Shown: one piece after another, positions 58,640 through 64,000 of the stretch
How the letters are laid out: each line of letters opens with the position of its first letter
Position numbering within the stretch: position 1 is the stretch's first letter
Assembly (NCBI GenBank): GCA_016180645.1
Contig: JACPAV010000024.1
Coordinates: 62,001 to 126,000, forward strand
Length of the DNA stretch: 64,000 nt
Reading direction: 5' to 3'
Source of the DNA: Nitrospirota bacterium
GTDB lineage: Bacteria; JACPQY01
Program-made: the position numbers and the translations under genes
The notes under the pieces: model-generated
Database searches by the model: none
What the model was told of the DNA's origin: nothing
The model's input: the letters and a program-made list of their open reading frames with translations, nothing else

Positions 58640-60202
58640 ATGGGAGTGATCAGAGCCGGCCAAGAATTGAGAGTGCTCCATTTGGAAGACGATGCCGCCT
58701 ATCGGAAATTTGTGGTTAACTTGCTTCGGAGGGAGGGGATGGCCGTACGATTCTCGCACGCGGAGAGTTGCGAGGAGTTCGTCCATCTGCTCCAAGGGGA
58801 GCGATTTGACTTGGTGATTTCGGACTACACGCTTCCGGCCTTCGACGGCCTATCGGCGCTCAGCATAGCCAAGTCGATTCGACCGGAGCTTCCGTTCATC
58901 TTCTTGTCCGGCACGATGGGGGAGGAGCGGGCGGCCGAGGCGGTCCTGAACGGTGCAACGGACTACGTGCTCAAGGATCGGCCGCTTCGCCTCGTCAGCG
59001 TCATCCGCCGGGCCATCCGGGAAGAGGGCGAGAGGGAAGTGCGCCGGAGTTTGGAGGCTCAGCTCCTACAGGCGCAGAAAATGGAGTGCGTGGGGCGACT
59101 GGCCGGTGGGGTCGCGCATGATTTCAACAATCTCCTGACGGTCATTTCGGGGCGGGCGGACATGCTTCTCTCGGGGAAAGGCGAATTGGATCCCGACCGC
59201 GAAGACCTGGTGGAAATACGTCAGGCCGCAACGAGAGCCGCGGAGCTGACGAGGAGACTCCTTATGTTCGGCCGGGCGGATCACCCTCGCGCGCAAAGCC
59301 TGGATCCGAGGGTACTGGTCTCCGACCTTCTCAAGATGATCCGCCGCCTCATTGGGGAAGACATCGAGGTGGTCGCCGAGCTGGCCGAGGACGCCGGATG
59401 GATTCGGGTGGACGCGGCGCAGATGGAGCAGGTGTTGGTGAATCTCGCGGTGAACGCGAGGGATGCCATGCCGAGGGGTGGAAAGCTGATCATTGGGGTG
59501 AGGACTCTCGACCTCGATGAGGACTACGCCTCGCGGCACCTCGATGTCCTTCCGGGGCGATACATCGAACTCCGCGTGGAGGACAACGGCCAAGGCATCG
59601 CCCCCGAGGTACTTCCTCACATCTTCGAGCCGTTTTTCACCACGAAAGAGCCCGGAAAGGGAACGGGTCTCGGCCTGTCCATGGTGTATGGCGCCGTGCG
59701 CCAATGGGGAGGTCACGTGGAGGTTCGGACGTCGCCCGGTGGCGGCGCCGCTTTCTTGATTTACATGCCTCAAGCGGCGGAATCTGAGTTCTCCGTCTTG
59801 CCGACAGAGGCGCAGACGTGTCCACGCGGCTGCGAGACGGTCCTGCTTGTGGAGGACGATGACATGGTGCGAACCATTGCCTGCCGGATTCTTCGGGCGG
59901 GGGGATACGAGGTCATCGAGGCCTCGAACGCTCAGGAGGCGCTGGCGAGGATCGAAAAAAGCGGGCCGCGTCTGGATCTTCTGGTCACGGATGTGGTGAT
60001 GCCGGGAATGAGCGGTTGGGAACTCGTGGATCTCGTCCGGCAGAATAGTCCCAAGACCCGCGCGCTTCTGATTTCAGGTTACGAGGCCCATCAAATGCTT
60101 GAGAAGCGGATGTCCGATTCCTACATGCACTTTCTTCCGAAACCCTTTTCCATGAAGACCCTTTCCGAGAAAGTACGCGAGGTCCTGGACGCAGTCGAGT
60201 GA
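58640..60202 (+). CDS. Cytoplasmic hybrid histidine kinase REC-HisKA-HATPase-REC (CckA-like)
   Basis: LHLEDD/ISDY, AHDFNNLL, NARDAM, FEPFFTTK..GKGTGLGL and LLVEDD/TDVVMP motifs. Confidence 0.92.
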   Translation: MGVIRAGQELRVLHLEDDAAYRKFVVNLLRREGMAVRFSHAESCEEFVHLLQGERFDLVISDYTLPAFDGLSALSIAKSIRPELPFIFLSGTMGEERAAEAVLNGATDYVLKDRPLRLVSVIRRAIREEGEREVRRSLEAQLLQAQKMECVGRLAGGVAHDFNNLLTVISGRADMLLSGKGELDPDREDLVEIRQAATRAAELTRRLLMFGRADHPRAQSLDPRVLVSDLLKMIRRLIGEDIEVVAELAEDAGWIRVDAAQMEQVLVNLAVNARDAMPRGGKLIIGVRTLDLDEDYASRHLDVLPGRYIELRVEDNGQGIAPEVLPHIFEPFFTTKEPGKGTGLGLSMVYGAVRQWGGHVEVRTSPGGGAAFLIYMPQAAESEFSVLPTEAQTCPRGCETVLLVEDDDMVRTIACRILRAGGYEVIEASNAQEALARIEKSGPRLDLLVTDVVMPGMSGWELVDLVRQNSPKTRALLISGYEAHQMLEKRMSDSYMHFLPKPFSMKTLSEKVREVLDAVE

Positions 60203-60334
60203 CCTCCGGTGGGATCGGGGCTGCGGGGAGTCTTTGGAGCGGAGCTTCCGCGCTCTTTGCGAGCGGCCGGCCCAGGCCCCCGGACTCGGTCGCGGCATGA
60301 TAGGCGTTTCAGCGCGGAGCCGACTCCGTATCAA

Positions 60335-61266
60335 TTATTGGGGTGTGAGGCGGGCTGAGTATAGGGTGTGTTGGATCGGCAAGTCGGCGGGATAGTCGAT
60401 CTTGCGCCGGGCTGCTTCGGTCATGAGGTGGTACGCGACCTCCACATCCAGGGTGTGGGATCCCGGCGCTCCGGCCACTCGTTCGGCGAATCTGAACGAG
60501 CGTTCCTTACCGGGGTGGAGCCGGTTGTCCCGAAGTTCGAGAATCATCGGACGCCAGAGGATCCATCGCTTCAGGGTATGAGTCTGCGTTCTGACCATGC
60601 TTCCGTCGGCTGCGTTCCGAAGCGTGAACGTGACCGTCACAAAGCGGTCGGGATCACCGGTCGGGAAAGTGTGACCTGCTCCTACGTTTGACAATTTCAA
60701 TTCAACGTCGATCGTGCCTCTCCCATTCTCAAACCGGCTGCGATCTTCCGGTTCGATGCTCACGGCCTTCCGGACCATGTCCCCATCATGCCCGCCTCTC
60801 CACAGGTGGCGTTTGGAAGGTCTCACCGGGCCGCCGAATGCCACGGGGCGCTCGACGGCAGGCATGTGACACTGGATGCAACCGTATCCCTGAACGGGGT
60901 CGTCCCTGACTTCCGCATAGGTTCCGCACGGCGGGCCGATGTAGAACATACCGGGGTCCTTCCCTTCCACCTCGTGGCAACGGCGGCACACACCGCCGCC
61001 ATCGAGAAATGAGGCATCCTGTCGAACCGGGTGAGGCGCCGCCGAATCCGCGTACGGGCCAACGATAACGCCGTCTTGAACGTGGCAGATAGCGCACGTT
61101 CCGAAACCGTGAAGATTCTCAGCGGGCCGAACAGGCGATAGCCCAGCGAACCCATCGACGCAACCAGCAGGGCGATCACCCCGATGGCGGCCTGACCGTG
61201 TGCGGACCATCCAACCCCGATCACCTTCCCCCACGGCGTTGTTGAATTCGGCCGGCTCCACAACAT
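60335..61266 (-). pseudogene. Multiheme cytochrome c, frame-broken near 61105
   Basis: CAICH, CRRCH, CIQCHM and GH.FPTG lie in one frame. The N-terminal TM anchor (AIGVIALLVASMGSLGY) lies in another frame. Confidence 0.6.
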
Positions 61267-61279
61267 CTTCAACGCAGCA

Positions 61280-61801
61280 CTAAGGCTTGAAGGAGAACGC
61301 ATCCAACGTGAGTGGCGGTTCCTTTTCGCCGGCGAATTCGAAGTGGCCGCGAACGGAAAGCGGCGATGGCCCCCGAGAGTGCGGGTCCGCCAGCAACTCG
61401 TGCAGCACTTCGTTTTGCGCCAAGCTCAAGCGTTGTTCACTGCCTGAGACGACGAAGAAGAACGAGAAACCTTGTCGGAGGAGGATTCCCTCGGCCTCGA
61501 TCCGCACCGCGCCGACTTTCTGCCCGGCCTTCTCTACCAATTGTCTTATCCTGGGGAAGTCGACGGGTTTCCCCGGCTTCGGGATGATTTCGGCCTTCTG
61601 CTTCTTGAGACTCACGTCCACGCGGTCCACGGTCGGTAACTTGGCGAGAGCCCGACGGGCCCCCAGCGCGCAGAACGGTCAGGTCATGCCGAGGACCTCC
61701 ACCTCGATCCGCATGATCTCGGCGCGGGATGGGAGGGGAACCGCCACGACGCTCAGCACGGAAGCGATGAAGAACATCTTGAAAAGGTCTCGGGGTTTCA
61801 C
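61280..61801 (-). CDS. Exported HMA (MerP/CopZ-like) selenoprotein, GMT-U-PFC
   Basis: An in-frame TGA at 61681-61679 joins track ORFs 61679..61873 and 61280..61630 at the first Cys position of GMxCxxC. A SECIS-like hairpin follows. Signal peptide ends SRA. Confidence 0.8.
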
Positions 61802-61814
61802 CGGTCGTCCCTTC

Positions 61815-62696
61815 TCAAAAGAGGGCGTACGCACCGGCGCGAATCTTCCGGTCCTGAGAAAGTTGTGTCCCATTCAAGTTCTCCCATAGTGGAAGTTGGT
61901 ATGAAATCTCGAAGGTGAAACGATCCATCAGGAAATACTGGATCCCGGGGGCCGCGAAGAGGGAGTTCCCACCCGAGTCGGTTATGGCCTGGTTGAAATG
62001 CCTTGACCGACCGGCGACCCCGCCGTTCAGTTCAAGCATGACATAGAATTCGGATCGCGCTTTTTCACTCGACAGCGCGAGGTATTCCGCGGAAAGGTTG
62101 ACGCCCACGACATGCCCTTGTCGCACCCCGCTGTTCGACCCGTTGAGTTGCCCGGCGGGTCCCGCGTAGATTCCCGCCTTCTTGTGTATGTACTGGAAGG
62201 GCAGGTCCCAGATGAAATCGTAGGAGCCGCTGCCGATGTTGTCTGCGCCCGTCGGGACTTTTACCCCGGCAGCCGGCCCGAATTGTAGGCGTGTCGAGGG
62301 GCCCAGACGTTTGAAGACATCCGGGGAATAGCGAGCGAGGAACACGGCTTCGCCGATTCCACTCGCCTCGCTGCTTGCACCGCTTGAATCGCGGGCTTCA
62401 GTTCGCACGTATGGAACAGCGGCCGCCAGGGTCAGATCTTCATTGACCGGGAATGCGCCCATGAGGCCGATGACCTGGGCTTCCATCTTGGGCCGGCTGC
62501 CGGGGATGTCCCCGGTGGTCCCAAGAAGCGTTTCCTTCCGAATGATGTCGGTGAAAACCCGCGCGAGTCCGACACCGGAAAAGAGCGTCTGGGCCGCCGA
62601 GCCTTGAATCGGCAAAGCGTGTGCCGTCGCCGCCATCGTAACCACAGCCCCCATCAGGAGCCCCAAAACGCGGGCCGGCCATTGGACGGATCTCAT
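61815..62696 (-). CDS. Outer-membrane 'transporter' beta-barrel (MetA-pathway/CopB-like)
   Basis: Signal peptide (AHA), SGIGE, GVKVPTG, GSGSYD, SGG..LF.APGIQ motifs and a C-terminal Phe. Confidence 0.7.
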   Translation of the reverse strand: MRSVQWPARVLGLLMGAVVTMAATAHALPIQGSAAQTLFSGVGLARVFTDIIRKETLLGTTGDIPGSRPKMEAQVIGLMGAFPVNEDLTLAAAVPYVRTEARDSSGASSEASGIGEAVFLARYSPDVFKRLGPSTRLQFGPAAGVKVPTGADNIGSGSYDFIWDLPFQYIHKKAGIYAGPAGQLNGSNSGVRQGHVVGVNLSAEYLALSSEKARSEFYVMLELNGGVAGRSRHFNQAITDSGGNSLFAAPGIQYFLMDRFTFEISYQLPLWENLNGTQLSQDRKIRAGAYALF

Positions 62697-62744
62697 GCTT
62701 CCTGCATCCTCACGCCGCGCAGCAGGAGAGTTCCGCCATTTTCT

Positions 62745-62939
62745 TCAACTCCTCTCTTTGGTTTTTCCTGAGAAGATCCAGGCCGCGCCGATCAGGCCGA
62801 CGGCCGTGAAGAGGCCGAGGCTCAGGAGACCGCTCGCGCCGTCGCGGGGGCAGAATGCGCCGCAGGCCCACGCCGTTCCGGCGTCCGCCAGAACGCCCGA
62901 AGCGGCGGCCCATGCCGTTGCTTTCACCATGAATTCCAT
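62745..62939 (-). CDS. Small exported/membrane protein with CGAFC motif
   Basis: GGAGGTG RBS, signal-like AWA-CGAFCP, C-terminal TM segment and basic tail. Confidence 0.6.
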   Translation of the reverse strand: MEFMVKATAWAAASGVLADAGTAWACGAFCPRDGASGLLSLGLFTAVGLIGAAWIFSGKTKERS

Positions 62940-63076
62940 CAGGTCACCTCCTTTTCAAGAAACCGAGTTTGCGAGGGTTGCAGAACGCGTACACGACAAC
63001 GGAAGCACCGCCGAAGACCATCCATGCCGGTTTTCTTCGGCGGCCATAGCCAAGGGACCGAAGCCGACGAACAGAA

Positions 63077-63664
63077 TCAGCCGCATCCGCACGCACCGCC
63101 TCCGTCTTTCTTGGGAGGGTTCTCCGACCGTGGGGCACAGCATTCGGATACGTCGTTTGACGACCGTTCCGACGGCGCTTCGGTTTGGGACATAGCCTTT
63201 TGGACAACTTGTTTCACGTTGCCGAGGCAGCAAGCGCCTTGTGGATTAAGCTCTTCGCAGCGGTCCAACCCCTGACGGCATTTTTCGGCGATAGAGTCGA
63301 GCGCCCCGGATTTGCCCGTCCGCCGGACTTCCTCCTCGATGCTCCTAACGGTGTGCTCAAAGCAGTAGCAGACGGTCCTGGAATCTCCCGTCGATTTCTG
63401 AAACACGGGAACCTTGATGTCCCGGGCAACGAACCGGATGCCGTCGGCTTCGTGGAAATAGACGATTTCGCAAGCTCCGCCCTTGCAGAACCGATAACCG
63501 CCGGAACCGTTGAGGCACTTTAATGCGGCCTTGGTGAGCAAGGAAACAAGAGTGATCGTCTTGACCTTCCGCCCTTGGGTCCCGCAGGCGGGACAACGGT
63601 CCGAGATCACCCGGGTCGGTTCCGAAACGGATCGGTGGGGCGCGGTGTCTTCAGGATTCTCCAT
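63077..63664 (-). CDS. CopZ-type zinc-binding / BFD-like [2Fe-2S] metallochaperone
   Basis: CPACG, FC.G..CEIVYF, VCYCF and C...NPQGACC motifs, as in the N-terminal domain of Archaeoglobus CopZ; Cys-rich tail. Confidence 0.8.
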   Translation of the reverse strand: MENPEDTAPHRSVSEPTRVISDRCPACGTQGRKVKTITLVSLLTKAALKCLNGSGGYRFCKGGACEIVYFHEADGIRFVARDIKVPVFQKSTGDSRTVCYCFEHTVRSIEEEVRRTGKSGALDSIAEKCRQGLDRCEELNPQGACCLGNVKQVVQKAMSQTEAPSERSSNDVSECCAPRSENPPKKDGGGACGCG

Positions 63665-63779
63665 GGCGATCCCCACTATTGTTCCGGCTCATGATCGAGA
63701 AGAAACCCAAGAGGAGAAGCATTCCGCCCCCCACGACGCAGCAAGCCAACCCTCCGCCGGACAGTGCTTCGAGATTCAT
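63651..63779 (-). CDS. 42-aa membrane peptide with CC motif (below the ORF-track cutoff)
   Basis: MNLEALSGGGLACCVVGGGMLLLLGFFSIMSRNNSGDRHGES*, overlapping the start of the next gene. Confidence 0.45.
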   Translation of the reverse strand: MNLEALSGGGLACCVVGGGMLLLLGFFSIMSRNNSGDRHGES

Positions 63780-63788
63780 GAGCGTTCA

Positions 63789-63920
63789 CCCCCGCCCCTA
63801 CCCTCGTCCTTCAAGGGGGAGGAGGTAGGCGCAGGCTTTATGCCTGCGTCTGAAGACGCACCCATAAAGGGTGCGGCTACCATCCCTTCCCCCCTTGCGG
63901 GGGAAGGGGAGGATGAGGGG
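63789..63920. repeat. Composite repeat: 58-bp REP doublet (63824-63881, reverse orientation) nested between two C-rich/G-rich hairpin arms
   Basis: The reverse complement has 3 mismatches to 5203-5260. Flanks are CCCCCGCCCCTACCCTCGTCCTTCAAGGGGGAGG and CCCTTCCCCCCTTGCGGGGGAAGGGGAGGATGAGGGG. Confidence 0.85.
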
Positions 63921-64000
63921 TCCTGAACAGTTACCAAGATTCACGTCGGCCCCTCAACTTGCGCAACAGGAAAGCTTGGTTACGTCCCGCTTGAACGAGA

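Noticed and set aside
62938-63079. Second possible Sec codon (ACGCG-TGA-FC) at the end of the CopZ-like gene
   Set aside because: No recognisable domain after readthrough and no convincing SECIS. Other frames look like fragments of a small membrane gene, so it is treated as an ordinary stop.

Overview
GC-rich bacterial window, probably from an uncultured Deltaproteobacteria/Nitrospirota-like organism (inference from gene content only). 1-19.4 kb: three paralogous Ig/FN3/FG-GAP surface proteins, an FHA plus MBL-hydrolase pair, and a ~3,620-aa lipoprotein with two subtilase domains, 12 PKD domains and four PQQ-type propellers. 19.4-25.1 kb: a MITE/REP cluster and a decayed integration hotspot at tRNA-Leu(TAA), carrying a duplicated 5' tRNA half, a candidate pseudoknot RNA, a DUF3800 fragment, two toxin-antitoxin pairs and a DUF4062 protein. 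25-38.6 kb: AKR, methyltransferase, SDR, a stand-alone 5S rRNA gene, a Ser/Thr kinase-TPR-GAF-sigma54 activator fusion and a divergent RCC1-repeat lipoprotein. 38.7-45 kb: a four-gene periplasmic NXR/NarG-like molybdoenzyme operon. 45-60 kb: an ABC-PilZ fusion, an EAL protein, rarA, mutM, pal, cpoB, tsaD, rsmA, a FadL-like barrel and signalling genes. 60-64 kb: a Cys-rich metal-handling operon with a selenocysteine HMA protein (GMT-U-PFC) that the ORF track splits in two. Most notable: a 58-bp GTAG REP doublet found both intergenically and translated in-frame inside Ig domains, the Sec-HMA operon, the NXR-like operon, the nested double protease, and a putative sigma54 regulon of giant surface proteins.
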